The notes under the pieces: generated by a model
Seen by the model: the letters and a program-made list of their open reading frames with translations, nothing else
Told to the model about the DNA's origin: nothing
Database searches by the model: none
Assembly: GCF_009914755.1 (NCBI RefSeq)
Contig: NC_060933.1
DNA length: 64,000 nucleotides
Reading direction: 5' to 3' (one strand)
Source: the human T2T-CHM13v2.0 reference genome, Homo sapiens
In this document: one piece after another, positions 1 through 11,047 of the stretch
How positions within the stretch are numbered: position 1 is the stretch's first letter
Layout of the letters: every line of letters begins with the position of its first letter
Position numbers and translations under genes: made by a program

Positions 1-311
1 CTAATGGATCAGAAGAAAATAGTAAATATGAAGAGTTCCACTCTTTTAGAATAGTAGCTAATTTTGATGTTACACTGAATATACTGATAATATATGCAAA
101 TGACTTCTAACATCAACCATGCTGGTTAATGATAGGTATTCCATCTCTTCCATTCTTGTTGGTGGCTCTCTGAGTATTTGTCTCTTCATTAGCTTTACAT
201 CTATAATCGGGCAAGAAGAGGTGGAAAAAATTAAATTGAAATGGGCTATATGTTAACTGCAGCAGGTAAAGGAGGAGGTTGAAGCTGCTGGCGAAAATCA
301 GAGTTGTGGGT

Positions 312-425
312 CATTCATTCATTTAACAAATATTTAGAGAGCACCGACAATGTGCTTAGAGCTCTCCCAGGTGCTGAGGATGCAGTGCTGAAAGAGGCAG
401 ACATGATTCTCTGATCTCATGAATT
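312..425 (-). mobile_element. L2 3' end fragment
   Basis: cattcattcatttaacaaatattta..gagcacc...ccaggtgctgaggatgcag..tgaa. Confidence 0.65.
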
Positions 426-1087
426 TCTTCATTGAGTCCTCTAAGCATAGGTGGTTTATGGTTAGCTGTATAGAACTGATATATTCTTGCTACAAGTATG
501 CATGACACTTCTTTTATCTCTTACCCTTTCCCACCTTCTTTATTTGAAGAATGACAATCTGGCTCCATCTGATGCCAAGAGATAAACAATAACAACAACA
601 AAAAAGGCAACTGAGGTTCTATCTAGGAAGAAATAAATTAGTGAGCTTCTTGAATACAGCAAAATTAAGTGGTCCTCAGTTTCCTTATCAGTAAGTAACA
701 ATATAATTGCCAATGAGATCTTGCATGTAATGTGTTTACTGAAAAATATTTTAAATGTTCCACAAATACTACTCAGGAGCATAAGTGGTGACTGTTATTA
801 TTAACAAACTACATAAATTACTATAGTTTGGTAGTTATTGAGTTGTGATTATTTATGTTTCTCCTCTCTTCAATAGAAAAGATTATCATTACATCACCAG
901 GGAATTAATGTCTAGGAAAGGAATGATAAACTATTAACATCAATCAAAGTTAGAAACCACTAGCCTAGAGGTATAGAGAAATGGAAGCCCAATCTGACCA
1001 ATTGCCAGGCTTCATTCTCCTCCAAAACACTAAATATCCCATAAGAAAGATATTTTTCTGTAGTGCTCATCATATAATAATGATCCT

Positions 1088-1290
1088 AATAATAATTATC
1101 TAACACTTTAACACTTCCAGTTATTAAAAAAATTTTCAGATACGTTATTCCACTTGAACTTCAAAACAATCTGTGAGATAGTCTATTATGAATTTCTATT
1201 TTGCAGATGAAGAAACTGAGGCTCAGTGAAGTTAAGTCATACACTCTGCAGAAGTGCCTATGTAGCCTGTACTCAATTCCCCATTTTCCA
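1088..1290 (-). mobile_element. MIR
   Basis: Core attttgcagatgaagaaactgaggctcagtgaagttaagt. Confidence 0.7.
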
Positions 1291-4084
1291 ATTCTAAATA
1301 TAGGGTTCGTTTAACTAGTCTATGAACCCTATATTAAGAAAGGCCATCTAATGATAAAAGTTCTTAAATTTCCTCTCTCACTTCTAAAAGAACGTGCATG
1401 CTTTTACATCTATCTACAGCCAAAACAAAAGTAGGCTTGCTGTACCATCTTTCCAAATGACCTCTTCTTCTCTCTTCTTAAGTGACATTCTTACTTCACA
1501 TCCTGTGAAAGAAAGGTTTATTCTTTCACAGAATCCAATTGCTGTGAAGAGACCATGCAAAGAGGCAGGAGGTGGCACATTTCCTCAGTTACTTGAAACA
1601 TACTCATTAAAATGTGATTTCTCCCTTTATTTCATATGCAAAAATTTTATTACGTGTATTTCTGTTTGGGTTATCTTACCTCTTTGAGGGTGGAATTCTC
1701 ATGAGAATAAAGACAAGAGTTCTTAACCTGGTTGCTATATGACTGTGGATAAGTTATTTAACCTTTATGGACTTCGGTTTTCTCATCAACAGGATAAGTT
1801 GGACTAGGTGATTTCTTCCTTCCTTCTCTAACATTCTATGATTCTGTGTTATGTCTTTTAGATGTGATTGACAGATTGTGTATGCAAATAACAACTGATA
1901 AGTATTTGTTGAAGAAATGATAAATGACATTTAATATTTTGAGAATGGCTACTGGGATCAAACACAGCCAAGCATATTAACAAAAGCATTTGGCTTTTAC
2001 TACTGGAATTTGGAAAAATATCTAAAATATACATGCCAATACTCTCTGTGTACTTCTTTTCATTATCAAAAATAAACTGCAGCAAATACTGTTACTTAGT
2101 TTGAAGAGGTGGAAATTACTGATGTCCTTTTTGCTCTATAATAATCTAACTTACTTATTATCTAAATTAGGGTAAACAAATTAGTCTATGAGTGCATTTC
2201 GTCAAAAACTGAAGATTACTTCATTTTAGTGCAAAAAAATTATTTTCATATGAAGTATTTTCAATAGAAGTTTTTTTTAAAAAAACTGTTACACAGTCTC
2301 CTGCCTCCTTAACCATGGTATTTTACCTCCCCTTGATTACCCATAATGCCATCAATATGCAAAGCAGTTGTTATATTGTGTTAGGCTAGATTTTAGTCAT
2401 TAGAGTGATATTTGAAATATTTACTGGAGTGCCTAGGTCCATTTGCCCCTCCACGGAGTGTCCACAAACTGTTGTACTGAATAATTTTAAACAGAAGACC
2501 CTGTCTACTTGTATTTCTTCTTGGCAGCTGTCATAGTTCATGACTGCCTGTGAATCAAGTGGGCTCTAATCTCCTTTATTTTAGGTAAAATGGCTTGAGA
2601 ATGGCTTTATCTTTTCAACTAACTGAAACTGCAGGCTCTATGACATCTGCTTTCCAATCAGAAGCTGTTTACATTTATTTTCCGACTCATGGCTATGTTC
2701 CATACAGTGGTATTGCTGGGAATTGGATTTATAGATAAATGGAGATTTCCTCTACCACCCCATCAAACCTTCAAGTGACACCTTGTATAAAGGAGCTCAA
2801 GAAATTGTGAGCTATATAAAAACAATAATCATTCTTATCCCTACAATGACTATAATTCCAAATTCATGAGAAAAATGTACAATTGAGCTCCAAAAGTTAT
2901 ATTTAATTAACAAAATAATCACTGCATAGACTTGCATTTCTTCACTATAAGAACATATAAAACAAATTTACATTATGAAAGATAAGCACACATGGATGCA
3001 TTTAATAAACCTTCAAGTATTCAAACAACGTGAATATTTTGAAATATCTTCTATTTTATACTTTAAACCTTTCACATGTCATTTGTATTTTTACAAGAGA
3101 CTGGCAGTCTCTTTATATAATTTTTACTGTATTCAGTAGAATCATTTGAATTTTGAAATTGAAAATTTTTTTAAGCCATAAAATATATTTTTAAGAAGTT
3201 CTTTTCCCACTGTTTTCAACAAATATTCTTAAATTAGTTTATGTCCACACCCATGAAAAGAAACTCCTTCTTTCCTGTCTAAATATTTCTGCACAACAGG
3301 GTAACTGGTTTCAGTTAAGGCTTATCAATGTTGTCAGTGGACAGATTCCTTCAGAGAGACCACAGAAGACTCCTGCTGCCCTATAAGAGAGGCCCATGCA
3401 ATTGGCAACAGTAACACTGCAATCAGTTAGCAAGACATCATTTTAAGAGCAACTGTCTATAATCCTAAACTTGTATCATTAAAAAAACACAACAAATTAA
3501 AGGAAGTTTCAGTACTTCTTTGGTTCTTTCACATTCCTGTTTCGTAAGAAATAAGAATCAAATTCAATTTATTAATACTACTGAGATTCTTATATCATTT
3601 CTGAAATGTCTCCATATTTTATCTGTTTCCAAACTCAAGTACCACTATCCTGAGAATGCAGAGGTTTTTATGGCTTGCTAATCTTTATAGAATCTGTTTC
3701 ATGAGGAGACCACAGAAAGTACTGGGCCTTACTTATGTAACTCAGGTTTTTTTTATAAAGAATGTCCCTTGAAGGCTTCTATTTCTATGAAAGCTTGCTA
3801 GAATTCCTGGCAGTTAAATCACAGGAAATTCCTTGCAGTCAAATAATGGGCTTCAACTGTCTTAGGTATAATTTATTAAGTTTTTATTCATACTTAAGTT
3901 TGAGTATATGTTATTTCTGAAGCAAACTTTCTTTTTCTTGATTTCACCATCATCTCCACTGTGTAGTGGTGCTATGCATGAGTGCAGAAATCACACCAAA
4001 AAGTAAAGGCTACAAGTGCTGCCATTAACAGATGCAAAAAGCAATCATAACCCAAAATAGTAACAATTTATTGCAACTCACACA

Positions 4085-4122
4085 AACTCTATGAGGTACT
4101 ATCCAACTCTATGAGGTACTAT
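4085..4122. repeat. 20-bp-period tandem duplication in a MIR-like relic
   Basis: aactctatgaggtactat at 4085-4102 and 4105-4122. Confidence 0.9.
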
Positions 4123-5388
4123 TCTATAATTTATTTTATTATTTTTTTCAGAGCCCTTCTTATTTTTCACTGGCTACACATCAAAAAATAAGAATCAGCA
4201 ATAAAAAAATAAGATTGAGAATCTGTAATAAAAAATCTAAAACCTTTAAGATATCTTTTATATAATAGCCAACCTTGAACTGAGTCTTCAGTCTGGTGCA
4301 CTTACACTGGAAATTATGACTGTGTAAAAAGCCACTGAACAAGGATCCTTACCTCCAGTCTCTTTCCATTAAATATGTCTTGCCCAAAATCAAAAAGTCA
4401 TCTCTCTAGAAAAAATCAAAGTTTCATTGTTTTGCTTCAAAGCCTTACATAGCTTCAAAGCTATGTTCTGCACAAAGAACAAACTTATTAGCTTTACATA
4501 CAAGCAAATCCCTTAATATATGATCCAAACTACTTTTAAGATCTCATCTCCCACTAAACTACTCAACCACCTCCTTGATTCTCCTTCTGTAATACCAGCC
4601 TCAATAAATATGTCATGGACCATTTACCACAGACATCATGGACTTCACCGCTAGGTGAATTTTCCTTCTGCTTCAATATTTCTCTTTTTATGACTCCTCT
4701 AAGTTCCTACTCAAAGAGCACTTTCTCTAGAAACTTCCCAATCTCCCTTTCTCCCAGATATTGCCGAAAACTCCTCTGTATTGTGATAGTTCCTTGATCA
4801 AAGTTTTATTTTAGCACTTCCCAGACTGTATTCCATTTTTTTTCCATTCTCCATGTGCCTCCCCTTCTAATTTTTTAACTCTTCAAACATAAGAACTGTG
4901 TCTTATCTCTGCATGCAGGGCTTAACATCAGTATTGGCTGACTAAATAGTATAAAATTACTGTGTGATATATTCTTTTCTCAGACATTATCTTAGAGTTA
5001 ATGCTTCTGACTAAACTAGCATGGATAGGGAGATGTGGCCAAGGCAACTAATCACTACAGATCATTACACTGGGACCTATGCAGAGGCCTCCTTTCTCCT
5101 ACCTAATTCTGCATGCTCACTTGAAAAGAAAAATCATAACTTCTGTCTTGGTTGAGCTATGCTGGTAAAGAGGAAAGGATTTTTTCATTTTGTTTACTCT
5201 AAATTGTGACATAAGTCACATGGGACTAGAAGGCCCTTAGCTATGCAACTTTATTTTGTGCTTGTGCAAATCATTTAACCTCTCTGGGACTCATCTGAAA
5301 AAACAGAAACTATTAATGCTTTGATTGTCATAAGGTTTTAAAGCCAGACTAGACTGACATATTTTTCAAATCTAAGATCTATGATTCT

Positions 5389-5449
5389 ATTCATCCGTCC
5401 ATCCATCCGTCCATACGTCCATCCATCCATCATTCATCCATCCATTCAT
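5389..5449. repeat. Imperfect (TCCA)n tetranucleotide microsatellite
   Basis: catccgtccatccatccgtccatacgtccatccatccatcattcatccatccattcat. Confidence 0.9.
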
Positions 5450-5926
5450 GAATGCTTGAGATCTCTTACAACTCTAATATCAGCAATTCTGTATCTATGA
5501 AAGTTGGATTCAAAGCAAATGTAAGGCATCCCAAACATTCTGCAAGAATTCATACTGTGTCAAAAAGAATGACTTGAGAGATGTGCAGAATAGCAAGTCA
5601 GAAGCTCATGAATACTGAAACAAATTTCTCCAGTTGGTATTTGCTTGGGTATGCTCCTTATGTTTTGTGTTTCATTTCCCTGTCTGAACAGTTTGGGATG
5701 TCACACTTAAAAGGGGCCAAACGGCTGACTGATAAGTACTTTTTAAAAATTTGGAAAACAGGCGAGATCACTGAAATTCTAAATCATATTTAAGAACTAT
5801 CTGTAGTGAAAGCATGCCAACAATAAGAACGTTCTTTTATACTTAGGTATTTGTTCAGAAAAAAGGAGACCCGAACAACTAAGAAATACATAGCTTGGAC
5901 ACATCAATGATAACTTCAGAGTCTAC

Positions 5927-6046
5927 CTTTGTTTCTGTTGCATGGGTTGTTGTCTCATAGCCATATACTGCATGTCTTCTTGCAGACGATTAAGAGGGGA
6001 ATCTGGCTTGACACGAATCCCATAGTAGTGGTATTTGGAGTTTCCT
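5927..6046 (-). CDS. RFX3: RFX3 coding exon, 120 nt: end of the DBD plus linker (GNSKYHYYGIRVKPDSPLNRLQEDMQYMAMRQQPMQQKQR); missed by the ORF track
   Basis: Hand translation; acceptor gttcattaatgaag|AGGAAAC; donor CAAAG|gtagac; phase 2-2, continues the frame of the previous exon. Confidence 0.96.
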
Positions 6047-7286
6047 CTTCATTAATGAACAAGAAACATTAGAAACAAAAGTCAGTCAAACTAATATTAA
6101 TCACATGGGATGTCCATTAAACTTCACACTTGGAAAAATTTGGTAAAAACAGTAAGTTAATGTTACATATTTATGATTAACCTGTTCTGAATACTTTTAT
6201 GTTTTTATGGTGATAAAATTTGAAGAATCAAAATAAGATTCCAAATCAATCAGCTAAAGGCCCTGCTAAAAATATTTGTTTATAAACTTCCACTTAAATA
6301 TTAGTCAAACAGTCCATTTGTTCCATACAAATTACATTCCATTTTCAAATTTCTATTTTAAATTTAGTTAAGAAGGGTAATGATAGGAAAAAAGTTTTTG
6401 GCCAGTAAAAATTAGTTAACAGGCCAATAAAAATTAGTCAATGGAATACGTATTTATTGTAAAGCATGTATATAGAACAAAGAAAAAATCTTAATTCTAC
6501 TTTCCTGGATAAGTTTGACATTTTTCTCTTTACTTCAGTGATGATGAAGTAAGATAACTTAATTGTCTGTTACAAAATGTTGTGGTAAAGACTTACTTAA
6601 TATTTTGAAACCTAAAAAGAAAGTAAGCCTTTAATCTGTTGATTTTGAAACACATTTTATTAGTTTCTGTTTTTATGGATTTGTGTTAGTTTTGCAGGCT
6701 AAACAGGATTTGTCACAGAAGAGATGGGGAAATTTCTCTATGAAAATGGCAAATTTCCACCTGGAATAAAAATGTCACAATTTCCCCATGTTCATGAGAA
6801 AGACCATGTTTGCTATTAGAAATGACAAAGTTTTGCTCTGAATGGAATTTGCAAATTCTTGCAAAATATCATTTTAAATATGTAAATTATTGCAAAGAGA
6901 AAATAGTAGTTTTTCACAAGTCCATATATAGCAATACATCAGCACTTTTTCCAATTTTTTCTTCCATTTACAAAAAGAAATGCAAGAAGAGTGTGGATTA
7001 AATATTTTTTATAAAAATAGAGCAGAATTGCACTTCCAAGATTTAAAAACATATATTAAATGAACCTTATATATATTTGAAGACATTAAAATTATACTAT
7101 ATAAATTATATTGCCAGTTTTTAAAAAATGCAGGGCATCCAAATACCTACATGCTTTCAGCACAATAAAGCAGATAGAGAAACTTAACGCCCGTAAAGAA
7201 AGGTCTTCTACTTGCAGAGATTAGATCTTGTCTCAAAAATCCACTGCAGAATGGTGCAATAAGCAAAACCAAAAAATTCCACATAC

Positions 7287-7304
7287 CCAATTTGTGGCGT
7301 TCTC
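7287..7304 (-). other. RFX3: Candidate 18-nt in-frame microexon of RFX3 (adds RTPQIG)
   Basis: ctactccctactgtcctccagcttgtacag|GAGAACGCCACAAATTGG|gtatgt; length is a multiple of 3; no stop in the phase-2 context. Confidence 0.55.
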
Positions 7305-7366
7305 CTGTACAAGCTGGAGGACAGTAGGGAGTAGAGGTACGGTAGGAAGCAGGAGACATTACTTAC

Positions 7367-7375
7367 AGGACAAAA
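7367..7375 (-). other. RFX3: Candidate 9-nt in-frame microexon of RFX3
   Basis: cattttcctctgtag|TTTTGTCCT|gtaagt. Confidence 0.45.
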
Positions 7376-8878
7376 CTACAGAGGAAAATGATGTCTCTCT
7401 TGTGAGACCTCAAATAGATGGAGTGCTGAGTTTCTTTTTGGTTTCCTACAAATTAACATTTTAATTGGGTTGGGAGGGAGAGGTTCTTTTTATTTCATTG
7501 GGAATGGTTGGGGGAGAGAAGCATATCCATGGTCTTCTTTACTCAAATTTAACTTGGAGATGGGATCTAATAAAAGGTACCTTTTTATTTGCCTTTGTTT
7601 AAAACAGTGATTTGATTTACTTTTTGTTTACTTAGGTCCAAAAACTTTAGAAAAGATCTGGTTCTGGTTTGAGTGGTTTCACCAGATTATTTTATTGATA
7701 GATAATATTAATAATAGTTCTACATATAGTTCATTTTAAAAAAAAGTATTTAATTTGCCTCATGATTTATATTAATTTTCCATCTGTTCCTTGGATTAGG
7801 AGTAGAAAGTAAATGCTAAACAGTTTCTATGGTAGAAAGAATGTCTAGTACCTCACTCCTACAATTGTCAGTTTTTTTACATTAGAATTCTGTCTTCATA
7901 GCACTTCATTTCTTTAAACTCCCTCCATAGTACTTATTTTCTCCTTATTTTTCTAGGGTTTGCTTCACAAACATAACTGTAAACACTACATACAATTAAA
8001 AAAAAAAAAACAGGAGACATAATTCATAATTGTTACCTAGTTGGGGGTGGGAGGAACCCAGAACATCAGAAAGTAAAAGCGGCAATATTGCAATACGTAC
8101 TTACAGAGTATGGATTCTACTCATTCACAAAACCAAACAACCCCAATTTTGTCCCTTTCTATTTTAAAGACTTGTTTCAACGTTTGAATGGAGCCTCAAA
8201 ATAGGACCCATTGAAATTCCTTTCAGTAACAAAAGAAGGACAACAATACAGCTATTAGAATGTTGAATAAAGCCCAGAGTTTCAAAATATTGGCACGGTA
8301 TGCATAACTACAGAGCCACCAGCGAGGAGATAGTAGGTTAGGTCCCCAAATAATGATTTTTGTGGTTTTGAAAAAAAGTACTATAGAAACAAAAAGTTTT
8401 CTCAAGGGAATGAAAACTATTCCTTTAGTGTGAATAGACAATCACATTCTTCAGTTTAAAATATACTATCTTTTGAAGTACAGAAAGAAGGAAACATATT
8501 TATGAGAGAGCTAAACCTTCAGCAATCCAAAAGCTGTATAATCACTTAAAATGCTACAGAAAAGCAATAATTCATGCTAATACATACAGGCCTTGTAAAT
8601 CTCATAAAACTGACACAGTGAAGGGGTTTAGGACATGCTATCCCAAACTATGGCACCTTGGCATTTGAAGAAACAACAGAAGCGGGCCACAGAAACCAGA
8701 AAAAATTCCCCTCACTCCTTCTCCTCTGAAGCAGGCCATAAAACCTAGCTTACTTTCTCCTGAAAATAGGTCATGAGACCCTCATTCCAGAGGGGTCCTC
8801 CTATACCTTGCAGAAAAGAACGTTCTTATTTTTGAAGACACAGGGATGCAGAAAAATCTGAACAAACAGGCCTTGCTG

Positions 8879-9169
8879 GGCTGGGTGCGGTGGCTCACGC
8901 CTATAACACCAGCACTCTGGGAGGCTGAGGCGGGCAGATCACCTAAGGTCAGGAGTTTGAGACCAGCCTGGCCAACATGGCGAAACCCCATCTCTACTAA
9001 AAACACAAAAATTATCTGGGCGTGGTGGAGTGGGGTGGTGCCTGTAATCCGGGTTACTCGGGAGGCTGAGGCAGGAAGAATCACTTGAACCCGGGGGGCA
9101 GAGGTTGCAGTGAGCTGAGATTGGGGCACTGCACTCCAGCCTGGGCAACAGAGCGAGAATCCTTCTCAA

Positions 9170-9205
<36 letters not shown>

Positions 9206-9222
9206 CAAAACAAAACAAAACA
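8879..9222 (+). mobile_element. AluS with (CAAAA)n tail, nested in the LTR
   Basis: Full dimeric Alu; TSD aaacag(g/a)ccttgctg at 8864-8878 and 9223-9237. Confidence 0.96.
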
Positions 9223-9251
9223 AAACAGACCTTGCTGAGTTTCCCCCAGAT

Positions 9252-9295
9252 TAGAACCATTAGATCATACCCCTAGAACCATTAGATCATACCCC
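9252..9295. repeat. Perfect 22-bp tandem duplication inside the LTR
   Basis: tagaaccattagatcatacccc x2. Confidence 0.93.
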
Positions 9296-9582
9296 TTTCT
9301 GTCCAATCATGTTTCTCCAGAACTATCCACTTCATCAGACTGCATAAAATACATACAGTTCTCTCTGTTTCTTTGGGCCATCATTTTTGAAAGCTCCCAG
9401 TCATGTAAAACTTATATTAAACAAATTTGTATCCTTTTCTGTTGTTAATCTTTCGTTATAGGGGTCCTAGCCATGAGTCTTGTGGTGGTGAGAAAAAGAT
9501 CAATCTTTTCTTCCTACAACACTCACTCCTCTTTTTGGTATACATTTTTAATGAAGTCAATTACTAAGGAAGGCTGTGTTTA

Positions 9583-9981
<399 letters not shown>

Positions 9982-10531
9982 TTATGTGATTTCTATAAGA
10001 TTTAGGAAATTAAAAACATCCATATCCTTCTGTCCAGCTACTTAAAATATTTATCTTATGATAATTTATAGAAATATGGAAAGACAAAAATGAAGCCCCA
10101 GAGTTCTAAGTATTCTTTTCATGATATTTTGGTTAGTGAAAACACTCATATTTATTTCCAAAGGAAGAAAAACCAGAAACAACTTCTTCACATTGTTTCA
10201 ATTCAATTGAACTATACTATGTTTTTCCTTCCACATACACATGGTTTCATATTAAGAGCAGAAAAAAAAGTAGGGGCTAATAAGAGGTAAAATAGAGCTA
10301 TCTCATCACTGAGGAATTTAAACAATATTTTGCAAGTTTACCAAATGATTTTTAACTGGCCTCCAGAAATGAAATGAAAAAACTGCTTTAGTTTCTTACT
10401 CTATCCCAACAGTTATTTATAAAGACAAATGTAATTTTTCAAGAGTCAAGTGATACATAGTTTTCCATTTACTATGTCACTTAACTCATCATCATTAGTA
10501 TGATTTCTTTCAATAAGAGAATACATTTTTA

Positions 10532-10564
10532 TGTGCGTGTGTGTGTGTATGTGTTTGTGTGTGT
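10532..10564. repeat. Imperfect (TG)n microsatellite, ~300 bp into the intron downstream of the DBD exon
   Basis: tgtgcgtgtgtgtgtgtatgtgtttgtgtgtgt. Confidence 0.85.
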
Positions 10565-10865
10565 TTTAAAGCACCATATGCAAATCTTGCATTAACAGGT
10601 TGGTCTGCTAATTTCTATGTAGTTTGAGAATCAGCTCTTCTCAAAGCTTTGCTCAGTTCATGTTTTAGACAACATATAATTGTGGCTTGGAAAGAAGTCA
10701 CTGAATAATGTCCTTTCCTTTTCCTGGGGATGTTATAAACTGAGCTCATTCTATGTATTTCCTTATATATTGTCTGTAATCAAGTACTTTTGTTTAAACA
10801 ATATATTGAATTGCCCTAGTTTGAAAAAGAGAGATTAGTTTATGATCTTATTTTTCAATACTAAC

Positions 10866-11047
10866 CTAGTGCCCAATCTCCTGGTTCGTAGCCCCATAAA
10901 AATTGATCTTATTAATTTTCCAAAAGAGGCAGCATTGACTGGGTCCAGTTTGTGTTCCTGACAGTGTCGAAGGTAGTGGTTGTACAGAGTGCTTCTGGGA
11001 AGGCTCACTCCTTCTGCTGTCTCATAATTGTCCAACAGCCACTGGAG
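10866..11047 (-). CDS. RFX3: RFX3 coding exon, 182 nt: main part of the RFX winged-helix DNA-binding domain (LQWLLDNYE...RTRRLGTR)
   Basis: Acceptor cttatttccctag|CTCCAG; donor ACTAG|gttagt; phase 0 in, phase 2 out; hallmark RFX DBD sequence in ORF 10835..11035. Confidence 0.98.

Larger units (their letters stand above)
8619..9518 (+). mobile_element. ERV1-class solo LTR (MER39/MER34-like) interrupted by an Alu
   Basis: TG...CA ends (tgaaggggtttaggacatgctatcccaaa ... ttttcttcctaca); attaaa poly(A)-like signal near 9416; imperfect 4-bp flank acag/acac. Confidence 0.65.
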
